Source: an uncultured Spirochaetota bacterium (GTDB taxonomy: Bacteria > Spirochaetota > Spirochaetia > SZUA-6 > Fen-1364). Taken from it: a stretch of DNA of 64,000 nucleotides. The notes beneath the pieces are model-generated. The model was not told the DNA's origin. It searched no databases and saw only the letters and a program-made list of their open reading frames with translations. Positions 8,538 through 18,313 of the stretch are shown one piece after another. Position 1 is the first letter of the stretch. Each line of letters starts with the position of its first letter. The stretch lies in contig CAWGAA010000003.1 in assembly GCA_963820525.1 (NCBI GenBank), positions 608,001-672,000 of the forward strand. Direction: 5' to 3'. Made by a program: the position numbers and the translations under genes.

Positions 8538-9622
8538 GCACTGTCCTCTACCTCGACCTGGTGAACGGCGCAAGCGGGGACATGCTCCTCGCCTCGCTTT
8601 TGGACCTCGGAGTCCCGGTGGAGAAGCTCACGGCGGGGCTCGGGCTCTTGAACCTCTCCGGCTGGTCGCTTTCCGCGAGAAAGAAGGTCTCCCGCGGGAT
8701 ATCCGGCACCAACGTCGAGGTGCGCGACGACTCCGCATCCCATCCGGCGCGACACCTTGCGCAGGTGCGGGACATCATCCTTTCAAGCGCGCTTTCGGAG
8801 GGAGTGAAGGAAAGGGCCTTCTCCGTTTTCGGAAGGCTTGCCCGCGTGGAGGCTTCCATCCACGGCATCCCCGTGGAAAAGGTCCATTTCCACGAGATCG
8901 GCGCCGTGGACAGCCTCATCGATATCGTGGGGTTCATCCTGGGCCTCGAGCTTCTCGGCGTGAAGCGTGTCTGCTCCTCCGCGGTCCCCCTGGGAAGCGG
9001 AACAATCGAAACCGAGCATGGGACGCTTCCCGTGCCCGCCCCGGCCGCCCTTGCGCTCCTGGCCGAAGCCGGGGCGCCCACGAGGCCTCACCCGGCCCAG
9101 ACCGAGATCCTCACTCCCACGGCTGCGGCGCTTCTTGCCGAGCTTGCCTCATTCTCTTTTCCGCAGATGAGCCTGCGGGGGGTGGGTTACGGCGTGGGCG
9201 CCCGGGAGTTCCCCTGGGCGAACATTGTCCGCGCATGGCTGGGAGAGGACGGCGTGAGTGCCGCTCTTGAGGCGCTCGAGGCCGTCATCACCATAGAGTG
9301 CAATATAGACGACTCGGGCGGCGAGGCGCTCGGTTTCGCGCTGGAGCGGCTTCTGCGGGCGGGCGCCCTGGACGCCTGGTTCACCCCCATCCAGATGAAA
9401 AAGAACAGGCCGGCGGTCATGCTTTCGGTTCTGGCGCGTCCCGAGGACTCACAGCGCCTGGCCGAGCTGGTTCTGCGCGAGACCTCGACCCTGGGGGTGC
9501 GAATTTCTCCCCCCTGTCCCGTTTCTCCCGAATATGAAGACTGCGCGCGAATCGCGCGCGAGAAGGGTCTCCCCCTCAGTCAGGTCATGGAAGAGGCCTC
9601 CCGCGCCGCACGCGGGACGTGA
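8534..9622 (+). CDS. larC: LarC nickel insertion protein (C-terminal part shortened)
   Basis: GASGDMLL, VHFHEIGAVDSLIDI, HGTLPVPAPA, TPTAAA, ECNIDD, MKKNRP, ETSTLGVR, PEYEDC. Confidence 0.85.
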   Translation: MSTVLYLDLVNGASGDMLLASLLDLGVPVEKLTAGLGLLNLSGWSLSARKKVSRGISGTNVEVRDDSASHPARHLAQVRDIILSSALSEGVKERAFSVFGRLARVEASIHGIPVEKVHFHEIGAVDSLIDIVGFILGLELLGVKRVCSSAVPLGSGTIETEHGTLPVPAPAALALLAEAGAPTRPHPAQTEILTPTAAALLAELASFSFPQMSLRGVGYGVGAREFPWANIVRAWLGEDGVSAALEALEAVITIECNIDDSGGEALGFALERLLRAGALDAWFTPIQMKKNRPAVMLSVLARPEDSQRLAELVLRETSTLGVRISPPCPVSPEYEDCARIAREKGLPLSQVMEEASRAARGT

Positions 9623-9710
9623 ACGGTCCGCGGTAGGGCGGCTGCTCATCCCGCTTTCCCGGCATAATCAAACCCCGTATATTCTGGTGAGAGAGGAATG
9701 TCGTGGGCCC

Positions 9711-9998
9711 ATGTATCATGTCGGCGAACGTTGGCTCATCCGTTGCATGAAAGGCGATAGCGCGCAAACACGGGACGGGGTGCTCTTCAAGAATCACCAG
9801 GCCGGGGAGGAGCGCGCGGGAGCCCTCCGGGGTATTGCCGAGCTCTCCGACGGCAACCCCAATCCAATCCTGCGCATCTTGAGGGACGGCACGATCCTGG
9901 GCCTCCAACGCGTCCAGGGCAATTACTACGGCCGCCCGGCCCTCGCGGAGGTGATCGCCCCCCTGCTCGCGAAGGGAAGGTGGGACGAGACGGGGTAG
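9711..9998 (+). pseudogene. Remnant of a PAS...EAL signalling gene
   Basis: Fragment NPNPILRILRDGTI (PAS start) joined directly to VQGNYYGRP (EAL-domain C-terminal motif). Confidence 0.45.
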
Positions 9999-10064
9999 TC
10001 TCTCGCCGCTTCGCCCTGTGCGGGCGCGAGTGAAGAGCAGTATATTCGACAGGGAGGAGAAAAA

Positions 10065-10556
10065 GTGCCCGGGATTCAAAAAGGCGACGATGTCCGCTGG
10101 AAAAACGGGATACAACAAGATGGAGCGGCGGCGTGGGGTGGGAGTATCGCGTCCGTCGGCACGGAGCTCGATTTCATTGGGGTCGAAACCATCGAGCCCC
10201 ATGTCAAGGACCAGCTCCAAATGGATCTCGCGAAGGGCGACTCTGCGCTCACCGTTCGATTCCTGGGCAAGAGCCTCCTGCGCAACCCTGGGGAGTTCAT
10301 GACGCCGCTCCTCCTGCGGGCCCTGGCCGATGCCGCCGTAGAGAAGAAGAGGCTCGTCATGGACTTTCGCGGCCTGTCCTACATGAACTCATCCACGCTC
10401 ACGCCGGTGATCAAGATTCTGGAGAGAGCGAGACAGAGCGGCGGGAAGATCTCCGTGCAGTATCGCAAGTCCGTGAAGTGGCAGGAAATCTCCTTCTCCG
10501 CGCTCATCATATTCGAAACGCAGGATCAGAGGATCACGATCGAAGGGTGGGGTTGA
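10065..10556 (+). CDS. STAS/SiaC-like regulatory phosphoprotein
   Basis: LVMDFRGLSYMNSST resembles the STAS phospho-serine motif; start uncertain. Confidence 0.6.
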   Translation: MPGIQKGDDVRWKNGIQQDGAAAWGGSIASVGTELDFIGVETIEPHVKDQLQMDLAKGDSALTVRFLGKSLLRNPGEFMTPLLLRALADAAVEKKRLVMDFRGLSYMNSSTLTPVIKILERARQSGGKISVQYRKSVKWQEISFSALIIFETQDQRITIEGWG

Positions 10557-10557
10557 G

Positions 10558-11970
10558 GTGCAGCAATCGCTTCCGATTTTCGATGGATGGCTCACGGCGG
10601 GAAACACGAGAAAGCGGATCAAGGCGCGGTTCGCTTCCGCGCACTCCCTGTGGGTAGAGCTGGAGCCCGGAGCAATCGGCGAGCACATCGAGAACCTCGA
10701 GCTGGCGGTGGAGGACAAGATCGTCGCCATCGGGTCGTGCCGGGAGATACCGGAGCCGGATGCCCCGAACGGCATGCACCGGCTTGTTCCCGTCGCGGAC
10801 ATCTTCGATCTGAAGAAGCTCTTCTTCAAATCCCAGATCGAGACCCTGGAGTCCGCAACCCTGAATCTCTCCCTGGCCCTCGGCTACAAGAAGAAGATCG
10901 ACCACGCGTTCCGCCAGTTCGTGTCCGATCTCACCTACGATCTGAACGTGTACATGAGCATGCTGGACCGCATGGATTCGGAGGGTGAAGGAGAGCCTCC
11001 CGCCGTCGCCGGGCTCGTGCAGGAGCGCATCATCGAGGGAGTGGGCCCGCGGCTGTCGGCGTACATGGATGAGAGCCTCGAAGAGCTCCAGCGCATCGTC
11101 TCGGGCTTCAGCGAAGAGGAGCACCTGCACCATGGGCTCTACTTCCGCAGGCAGCTGTGGAACATCATCCTTCGCGCCCCCATCATGGCCAGGACCAATC
11201 TCAAGCCGCGGGGATACGCGGGGGATTCGGAGATGATGCGCATGATCTATCTCGACGGCTACCAGGGGGATTCCACCTTCGGAAGGATCCTCCACAGGCA
11301 CGCCGTCGGACTTCCCGCCGCCGAGGCCATCCGAAAAAGGCGGACGGACGTGGCCTCGATGATCCACCGCTACATGGAGGAGTGTCACGTGCCCCCTTCC
11401 CAGAAGGTGAGAGTGCTCTCCGTGGGATGCGGACCCGCCTTGGAGGTCAGGGACATCATCAGGAACAGGCGCGACAGCGCCGCCGTGCATTTCTCCCTGC
11501 TGGATCAGGACCAGCAGGCGCTTCTGGAGGCGGCGGGGCTCGTTGACGAGATGGAAAGCTCGCTCGATATCGAGATCTCGGTCGATTTCATCCGCGAATC
11601 GGTGCGCACCATGCTGGGAACCGATGAGCTTCAGGAGAGATGGGGCAAGTTTCATTTTATCTATGCAATGAGCCTCTTCGATTACCTCACCTTGCCCACC
11701 GCAGTCGCCGTCATCAAGAAGCTGTATTCCCTGCTCAGGCCCGAAGGAGAGATGGTGATCGGCATCTTCTCCCAGGAAAACCCCACCCGCTTCTACATGG
11801 AGTACTGGCTGGATTGGAAGATCTTCCACCGCACGAGGGCGGATATGGATCAGCTGGCCTCCGGGCTTGCCGGCGCGCGTACCGAGCTCCAGCTCGACGA
11901 TACGGGGATCCAGATGCTCATGCGCGTAAGAGGGGAGGAAGCACAAGGCCATGGAAGTCAGGCGAAATGA
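10558..11970 (+). CDS. PhcB-like class I SAM-dependent methyltransferase
   Basis: ILRAPIMARTNLKPRGYAGDSEM, VLSVGCGPALEV, LFDYL, NPTRFYMEYWLDW, DDTG, recalled as the motifs of Ralstonia PhcB-type proteins. Confidence 0.75.
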   Translation: MQQSLPIFDGWLTAGNTRKRIKARFASAHSLWVELEPGAIGEHIENLELAVEDKIVAIGSCREIPEPDAPNGMHRLVPVADIFDLKKLFFKSQIETLESATLNLSLALGYKKKIDHAFRQFVSDLTYDLNVYMSMLDRMDSEGEGEPPAVAGLVQERIIEGVGPRLSAYMDESLEELQRIVSGFSEEEHLHHGLYFRRQLWNIILRAPIMARTNLKPRGYAGDSEMMRMIYLDGYQGDSTFGRILHRHAVGLPAAEAIRKRRTDVASMIHRYMEECHVPPSQKVRVLSVGCGPALEVRDIIRNRRDSAAVHFSLLDQDQQALLEAAGLVDEMESSLDIEISVDFIRESVRTMLGTDELQERWGKFHFIYAMSLFDYLTLPTAVAVIKKLYSLLRPEGEMVIGIFSQENPTRFYMEYWLDWKIFHRTRADMDQLASGLAGARTELQLDDTGIQMLMRVRGEEAQGHGSQAK

Positions 11971-12331
11971 GCGAAAGAGGCTGATCTACCACCTGCGGGT
12001 ATTCGACGCCGACAGCGGCAAGCTGTTGGGACACCTGGTCAACATAACCACCAGCGGCATGATGCTGATCGGAGAGAGCCCCATTCCCGTGGATACGGCC
12101 TTCTCCCTGAGGATGGACCTTCCCAGGAACGTCATGGCGGACGCCAGCCTGAAGTTCTCCGCTGAGAGCAAGTGGTGCCGCAGGGAGGCAGGAGGAGAGT
12201 TCTTCAGCGTGGGGTTCCGCGTCTCCAGGATCTCTCCCGAAGGGCTGGCGGTTGTCCAGCAGCTGGCGAAGGATTTCTACCAGGAAGAATACGAGGAAGA
12301 GCCGACGGCGGACATGAATCCGTCGCTGTGA
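11951..12331 (+). CDS. PilZ domain protein
   Basis: RRNER (RxxxR), NITTSG (D/NxSxxG-like), KWCR, VGFR. Confidence 0.8.
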   Translation: MEVRRNERKRLIYHLRVFDADSGKLLGHLVNITTSGMMLIGESPIPVDTAFSLRMDLPRNVMADASLKFSAESKWCRREAGGEFFSVGFRVSRISPEGLAVVQQLAKDFYQEEYEEEPTADMNPSL

Positions 12332-12339
12332 GGTGGGCC

Positions 12340-13815
12340 TCAGCTCACGATGGTGAAGACGGCGAGGCCGATGAACAGAACGACGACACCGAGCTTCACC
12401 TTGCCCATGTGGATCTGGAACAGGCGCGTTATCCCCGCGGAGCTCACCCCGGCGTAGCTCGCGCCAAAGACGGCGAGCAGGGGGAGGATGAAGCAGAAGT
12501 TGTACAGCGCCAGAAGCCCAACGGTAGAAGCGCTCGTCCTCACGCGGGCCAGGTAGGTCAGGATGGGCAGGTACACCTGTCCCGTGCAGGCAAACTCGAA
12601 AATGGAAACAAGGAAGCCGAGCGCGAGGGAGCTGCCTGCGAGCGTTGCGGTCCGGACGCGCGCGCGGATCGATCCATGGATCCGCCTTTTCAGGGCGGAG
12701 GGAAGCTGGAGCAGGATCTCGGTGGGGCGGCCGCGGCGGATGAGCACGTAGTCATAGAGGCTCAGGCCCGCCACCGCGAGGAGCGCCGCCGCCAGCGCCC
12801 AGCGCAGGATTGCCGAGACAATGGAGAACGCCGCGGCCGCCCTGAGCGCGGCGAAAAAGCCGAGCCCGATCGCGAAGTACGTGAGAAAGACCGCGAGGGA
12901 AAACAGCAGGCCGAGGATGAACACCTCCCGCCTGCCCCGTCCCGCGAGCGCCAGGGAGGCGAGGAGGAAGATGAGAGTCGTGAAGGCGCAGGGGTTGACC
13001 CCGTCGACGAGGCCCCCGGCAACGGCGACCGGCACGGCGAGCCTTCCCGCCGCCTGCCCACCGGAGAGCGGCGCCCCCGCCGGCGAGGAAAAGCCGCCGG
13101 CGGCGATCAAGCGGAGCTTCCCGGCCAGCTGCTCGCGAATCTCCTTCTCGCCCTGAAGGATATCGCCGGCCACCGCAAGCACGGGTACGGTGCGCAGGCT
13201 CTGACCCCGCGCCCGAAGAAGCGCGCCCAGCTCCTCGTATGCCGTGGGCTGGAGGATGTCTTTCCTTTCCACGGTTATCTGGCGGCCGATCTCTCGCGAA
13301 AGCCGGGGAACCTCCACGGAAAGAAACTCTTCGCAGCTCTTGCAGCCCGGCGTGTAGTAGTAGGAGATCGCTATCCCAGCGGTGGGCCCGCCGCCCGTGC
13401 CGGAAAGCGACAGACGCCCGGAGGAGCTCTCCCCGCGGACAGTGGCGAAGAGGGAGTAGGGCTGCAGCTGGGGGGACGGGCGGGCCGTACGGACGATGAA
13501 ATCCTTTCTCACTAGCCCCACGTCATCCGATGAATCGTAGCCGAGGCGGAAGCTCCCCGAGGAGCGAGGGGCAAGGCTGAGCGTTTCAGGTTCCGCGCTC
13601 AAGCAGGAGCAGGTGGGGACGAGCGAGACGGAGACTGCCGTTGGAGCGGGATTGGAGACGGTGAGGACGATCTGGATCTTCTCTCCCCGCGCGATCATTC
13701 CCGCCTTCCATTGCGGCGGAGAGAAGGTGAGAGCGGCCTGGGCGGAGAGCCCGCCGGCGATGAGCGCCAGACACGCGAAAACGCATCCGGCGAGCCGTAC
13801 CGTTCGCGATTCCAT
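12340..13815 (-). CDS. Exported Ig-like + thioredoxin-fold + CcdA/DsbD-like transmembrane protein
   Basis: Signal peptide, PTCSC, YYTPGCKSC (CxxC), GLVDGVNPCAF and FEFACTGQVY transmembrane cysteines. Confidence 0.7.
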   Translation of the reverse strand: MESRTVRLAGCVFACLALIAGGLSAQAALTFSPPQWKAGMIARGEKIQIVLTVSNPAPTAVSVSLVPTCSCLSAEPETLSLAPRSSGSFRLGYDSSDDVGLVRKDFIVRTARPSPQLQPYSLFATVRGESSSGRLSLSGTGGGPTAGIAISYYYTPGCKSCEEFLSVEVPRLSREIGRQITVERKDILQPTAYEELGALLRARGQSLRTVPVLAVAGDILQGEKEIREQLAGKLRLIAAGGFSSPAGAPLSGGQAAGRLAVPVAVAGGLVDGVNPCAFTTLIFLLASLALAGRGRREVFILGLLFSLAVFLTYFAIGLGFFAALRAAAAFSIVSAILRWALAAALLAVAGLSLYDYVLIRRGRPTEILLQLPSALKRRIHGSIRARVRTATLAGSSLALGFLVSIFEFACTGQVYLPILTYLARVRTSASTVGLLALYNFCFILPLLAVFGASYAGVSSAGITRLFQIHMGKVKLGVVVLFIGLAVFTIVS

Positions 13816-13827
13816 GCCGGTTTGAGA

Positions 13828-14349
13828 TTATGCGGGACGGCTTCCCGGCCGGCGATCCCCGCGCTTCGCCTTCGAGAGCTCCGCGATGAGCAGGAGCGCG
13901 CAGCCGACCAGGATCGAGAGATCGGCGAGGTTGAAGATCCCCGTCCTGATCCCGCCGATCCCGATATTGATGAAATCCCCCACCCGGCCGTCGGAGCGGA
14001 TCCGATCTATCAGGTTGCTCCCGCCTCCCCCGGCGATGAACGCCAGACCGATCAAGACGATGGGGAGCACTTCTTTTTTCCGTAATAGGAAGACGGCGAT
14101 GATGGAGAGAACGACGATGGGAAGACCGATGAGGGCGATCCTGCGGACGATTTCTGGCAGGCGCGATCCGAGGCTCAGGAACGCCCCCGTGTTCTCGACG
14201 TACTGCAGAACCAGAACGTCCGCGACGAGGAAGACGGTTCCTGCGTCCTTCAGGCGCGACCTGGCTATGGATTTCGTCCCCTGATCGCAGCCGATATTCA
14301 TGAAGACGATGAGGAGAACGAGGATCAGCCGCGCGAGCCTTTTCGTCAT
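13828..14349 (-). CDS. lspA: Signal peptidase II
   Basis: DQGTK, NTGAFLS, NLIDR, VGDFI, IFNLAD. Confidence 0.92.
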   Translation of the reverse strand: MTKRLARLILVLLIVFMNIGCDQGTKSIARSRLKDAGTVFLVADVLVLQYVENTGAFLSLGSRLPEIVRRIALIGLPIVVLSIIAVFLLRKKEVLPIVLIGLAFIAGGGGSNLIDRIRSDGRVGDFINIGIGGIRTGIFNLADLSILVGCALLLIAELSKAKRGDRRPGSRPA

Positions 14350-14481
14350 TTGCCGTGTTCCTTTCTCAAGCGAGAGTAATCGCACGGGCGGTTCGTTTCA
14401 AGTCGGCGGCGGCCGGCAAGCATCATCCGTTTTGTCGTCCGTCGATATCGATTCGGCGCCCGGCTTCGCGCGCCGTCGGAT

Positions 14482-17232
14482 CTAGTGCGTTCCGTTTTGC
14501 GAGCTTCCCAGGTACTCCTCATAGGAGGTATAGCCTTCGTCGGGCTGCTTCTTCTCATCCAGGAATACGACCTTGTTCCTGGTGAGCTTGGCCGCATAGA
14601 GAGCCCCATCGGCCCTCTGGACCCCTTCGTTCATATCGGCGATTCCGCCGGCGTCCGCCACTCCGATGGAGAGGGTGCCGCAGGGTTCCTTCCTCTCATC
14701 CGAAATCAGCTTGACCCCGATGAAGGCCCCCTTGAGCTGGAGGTTCTGCTCCTGCGTGAAGCGCAGCCGCTCCGCCATGACAATTCCCGTGTGAAGGTCC
14801 GAGGGGATGGCGAGGAGGATCTCCTCCCCTCCGTAGCGCACCGCGAGATCTCCCTCCCGGATGTTGTCCAGGATCATGGCCGCGGTCTCCTTGAGCACCT
14901 CGTCGCCGTCGGGGTGGCCGAGCTCGTCGTTCACCCACTTGAAGTGATCGATGTCGATCATGAGAAGCGTGAGCGGCTTTCCCTCGGCGCGCAGCTTGTC
15001 CATCCGCCGGGGAAGCTCGGAGAGGAAGTAGTTCTTGTTCTTCAGGCCCGTGAGGGTATCCACGAACTGACCGGGGAAGTCCTCCGTGAGGCGGTTCTGC
15101 AGCATGAGCAGGGAATCGCGGCCGCGCTCCTCCTTCTCCCGTATCCACACGCGCTTCTCCTCTTCCGCGGCCACCGCCATCGCATGGCTGCTCTGCGCCA
15201 CGAAGCTCTTCCTGTCGTTGAGCAGGTAGCAGTAGAGGTCCGCGATGCCGCGGAAAACATCGAAGAAGACCACCTGCGCGATGGCGGGGATCTGGGAGGA
15301 GGCCCGGCGGTAGCGCGCCTCCACGTAGCGGCGCACCTGCCGCGTGACGGGCCTGTAATCGGGGGAGCCCACCTGGGAGCGCGCGGCGAAGTCCACCACG
15401 GGAGCGGATCCCAGGTCTTCGGCCAGCTTCATGCGAAGCGGGTCCTCGGCGTCGATGAGATCGGGGTTGATGGTGTCCCCGATCTCGGAGAGGAGCTGGT
15501 TCAGCCGCTCGGCCAGCTCGAAGAGCTCGGGGGCGTCCGAAATGTCGCGCTCCGCGAGCAGGTGCCCGAAGTTCTTGATGGCGTGGTTTCTCAGGCGGTT
15601 TGCCCGCTCCTCGATGCTTCGCGCCCGGAGGCTTTCGCGGAAGATCTTCACGTAGCGCGGATCCCCCGATGTCTCCATGGAAAGCTCGTGGATCTCGTCG
15701 AGGTACGGCTCGAAGAGGGTGCCGTATGCGTCCTTCCAATCGTCGCGCAGGCTCGCAACGACCGTGCCCAGGCCGTCCCTGGCGAGGATCGTTTCCATTC
15801 GGTAGCCGTCCACGGAGTCGAGCAGGTCGTCGACGATCATGTGCACGATGATGATGAGGCTCATCACGTCCCCGGAGGCGAGAATCTCCAGGTCCGCCGT
15901 CCGTCTCTGGAGGATCGGATGGCGTGAAAAGACGCGGTTCATGAAGTAGGGCAGGACGAACTCGCCCTGCTCCACCCGCTCGATCCCCGAATCGGGGAAG
16001 AGCGCGGAAAGCGTCGCGAGGGTTCCCTCGAAGCGGTAGGAGAACTTCTCCAGCTTCTCCTGCTCCAGCCGCTCCAGCTCTTTCTCCTTCTGCTCACGCA
16101 GCGCCTTCTCGCGCATCTCCGCCAGGCGCTGCTGGAAGCCCTCGTAGGTGAGGATGTTCTCGTCGCGCAGATCGAGAAAGGCGAAGATCTTCGATTTCTT
16201 CAGCGGCGTATCCTCATCCTCCTCGTAGAATGAGGCGATCATCTTCAAGAGCGCGGGGTAGAGCTCGTGTTTGAAGACGGCCAGGTCCTGGAACGCCGCG
16301 CGGAAGAGGGTTTCGGCGTCGGAGAGCTCCGCCAGGGCGTTCGCCCGCTTGTCGTGGACGAGGTTTACCTCCTTCACCACGTCGAACAGGGCGTCGAGCG
16401 TCTCCGCCTCGATCCCCTCGGTGATGAGGATCATGCGGTAGGCTTCCTTCACCGCCCGCGCAAGCGCTGAAACCTCGACGCGCAGGTCCGCCTTGAGGCT
16501 CGCCCAAACGTACTCGAGACTTCGCCGCAGCATCTCGCTGGGCTCGCAGAACGGCCCGAAGAGCTCCAGCGCGAACGGCTCGCGCACCCCGAGGCTTCGC
16601 CGCACCTCCTGCTCGACGTTCCTGGCCCTCTCCCTATCCATGATCCTGCGGGCCGGGAGGCCGCCGCCGAGAAGCCTGCGGGAGGAGTAGCGCAGGGCGT
16701 CGACCGTATCGATGAGAGAGTAGTCGAAGGGGTTGGCAACCAGGAATCCCCTGCGCTCGCCCAGCAGCTTGAGGAACTCCCTGCTCGCATAGTCCTTGCG
16801 GCTCTTGTCGAAGATGCCCAGGAGGTCATTGACGATCTCGGAAAGGCGCGCCATCTTGAAGCCCCGCGCGAATGCCCACCTGTTGATCTTGCGCCGGAGG
16901 CGGGGAGCGAGGGGCGGCAGCCAGTCCATCGCCCTTCTCTTGAGGTCCCCCTCGGGGCCGATGTCCGCCACGCCGAGCTTGCCCGCGCCTTCGAGGCCCC
17001 AGGAGGCGAGGGCGGATTTCGCTCTCTCCGAGCGCGAAGCGGTGCGGCGCTCAGACAGATCCCGCCGGCTCTTCAGGCGGGAGAGCATGGCGGAGGATCG
17101 CCGCCTGGCCTCCTCCTCCCCATAGCCCCGGTCGCGAAGGTTCTTGTAGACCTTTTCGATCTCCTGCCGCGACACGCCCTTGCTGAGCAGGTGCTTGTAG
17201 AGATCCTGGCTGTCTCGATCCGAAGTCGGCAT
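14482..17232 (-). CDS. Large GGDEF domain protein (diguanylate cyclase)
   Basis: C-terminal DTLTGLKN, DIDHFKWVND..GH..GD, RYGGEE, ADGALYAAK; about 720-aa unassigned helical N-terminus. Confidence 0.85.
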   Translation of the reverse strand: MPTSDRDSQDLYKHLLSKGVSRQEIEKVYKNLRDRGYGEEEARRRSSAMLSRLKSRRDLSERRTASRSERAKSALASWGLEGAGKLGVADIGPEGDLKRRAMDWLPPLAPRLRRKINRWAFARGFKMARLSEIVNDLLGIFDKSRKDYASREFLKLLGERRGFLVANPFDYSLIDTVDALRYSSRRLLGGGLPARRIMDRERARNVEQEVRRSLGVREPFALELFGPFCEPSEMLRRSLEYVWASLKADLRVEVSALARAVKEAYRMILITEGIEAETLDALFDVVKEVNLVHDKRANALAELSDAETLFRAAFQDLAVFKHELYPALLKMIASFYEEDEDTPLKKSKIFAFLDLRDENILTYEGFQQRLAEMREKALREQKEKELERLEQEKLEKFSYRFEGTLATLSALFPDSGIERVEQGEFVLPYFMNRVFSRHPILQRRTADLEILASGDVMSLIIIVHMIVDDLLDSVDGYRMETILARDGLGTVVASLRDDWKDAYGTLFEPYLDEIHELSMETSGDPRYVKIFRESLRARSIEERANRLRNHAIKNFGHLLAERDISDAPELFELAERLNQLLSEIGDTINPDLIDAEDPLRMKLAEDLGSAPVVDFAARSQVGSPDYRPVTRQVRRYVEARYRRASSQIPAIAQVVFFDVFRGIADLYCYLLNDRKSFVAQSSHAMAVAAEEEKRVWIREKEERGRDSLLMLQNRLTEDFPGQFVDTLTGLKNKNYFLSELPRRMDKLRAEGKPLTLLMIDIDHFKWVNDELGHPDGDEVLKETAAMILDNIREGDLAVRYGGEEILLAIPSDLHTGIVMAERLRFTQEQNLQLKGAFIGVKLISDERKEPCGTLSIGVADAGGIADMNEGVQRADGALYAAKLTRNKVVFLDEKKQPDEGYTSYEEYLGSSQNGTH

Positions 17233-17290
17233 CACCTACCAGTATACCATCCCGGGCGGCGTGCGTCGAAGGACGGCCGCAGGGGCCCGC

Positions 17291-18313
17291 TCAGGCGGTG
17301 AGGCGCCGGAGGAAGGAAAGAACCTCGTCGGTCCTGCCGGAGAAGGCCCACAGGGAGCTTTTCCACGAAAGCTTCTTCTTCCCCGTCGGGCCTCCGGCGG
17401 CGGGAGAGCGGAACCCAAGCTCGCAGGAGGGGGCGTGAAACCCGGCGCAGGCAAACCCCAGCACCCCGCCCAATACGCCGCGCTGAACGGGCTCGCGGGT
17501 GTACTGCCCCGGCGGGGCCTTCTCGAACTCCTTGAGCACGAAGGTGGCCCGCCCCGTTTCCCTGTTTTCCAGGAAATAGGCGCCGCGGCTCTTGGTTTCC
17601 ACGGCGTCCAGCCACGCCCGGATGAGCTTGTCCCCCCGGCATGGGATCACGGCGCACCCGTCGGCCAGCTCCACCATTCCCGCGGGCAGCCCCGTGAGCC
17701 CCGTGTCGGCCCAGTACCTTTGAAGAGGCAGACGGGCCTGGCCGCCCACCTTCAGGCACGTGGCGTTCCACAGCCCCACCGCCACGGGGGAATCCTTGAC
17801 CTCCAGCACCGTCTCCTCGTCGTAGCCGGCCTGCCGAAGGTAGGTGGTGCCCCAAAGGGCGGCGAGCTCCTTCTCCCCGTAGACCCTGATCCGCCGAAGG
17901 ATGCGAAAAGAGATCCGCGCTCCCGCGCGATAGGCCCACAGATCCCCCTGGTTCTCCATGCTGGAGAAGCCCTTTTCATCCACCGCCGTGTACGCGCCGG
18001 GGTCGAGGGAGTGGGGCACCGTGAAGGTTTCCGATGGGCGTTCCGCGTCCGGGATGAAGAACTCGCTCTCGGGGCACAGCCACATGCGGTCTCCCCCCGG
18101 ATTGACCCATTCGGTCTGCTTGGCGCCGATCTGCAGAGAGCGGAAGAAATCGGGGTTGATCCAGAGGGCATTGTCCCCGCGCCAGTATGGCCACAGCCCG
18201 AGGACCCTGCCGTATTCCGGCAGGAGGAGGGCCGCGCCGTCCGTGCCGGTCTCCAGGACCTTGTACTGGATGCCCAGGGCATTGAGGTTCCTGACGGTAT
18301 CCTCGAGGCTCAC
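17291..18313 (-). CDS. Hypothetical protein (DUF6786-like)
   Basis: GTG start overlapping the GNAT stop; GRVLGL...WINP...WVNPGGDRMWLCPE. Confidence 0.55.
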   Translation of the reverse strand: MSLEDTVRNLNALGIQYKVLETGTDGAALLLPEYGRVLGLWPYWRGDNALWINPDFFRSLQIGAKQTEWVNPGGDRMWLCPESEFFIPDAERPSETFTVPHSLDPGAYTAVDEKGFSSMENQGDLWAYRAGARISFRILRRIRVYGEKELAALWGTTYLRQAGYDEETVLEVKDSPVAVGLWNATCLKVGGQARLPLQRYWADTGLTGLPAGMVELADGCAVIPCRGDKLIRAWLDAVETKSRGAYFLENRETGRATFVLKEFEKAPPGQYTREPVQRGVLGGVLGFACAGFHAPSCELGFRSPAAGGPTGKKKLSWKSSLWAFSGRTDEVLSFLRRLTA

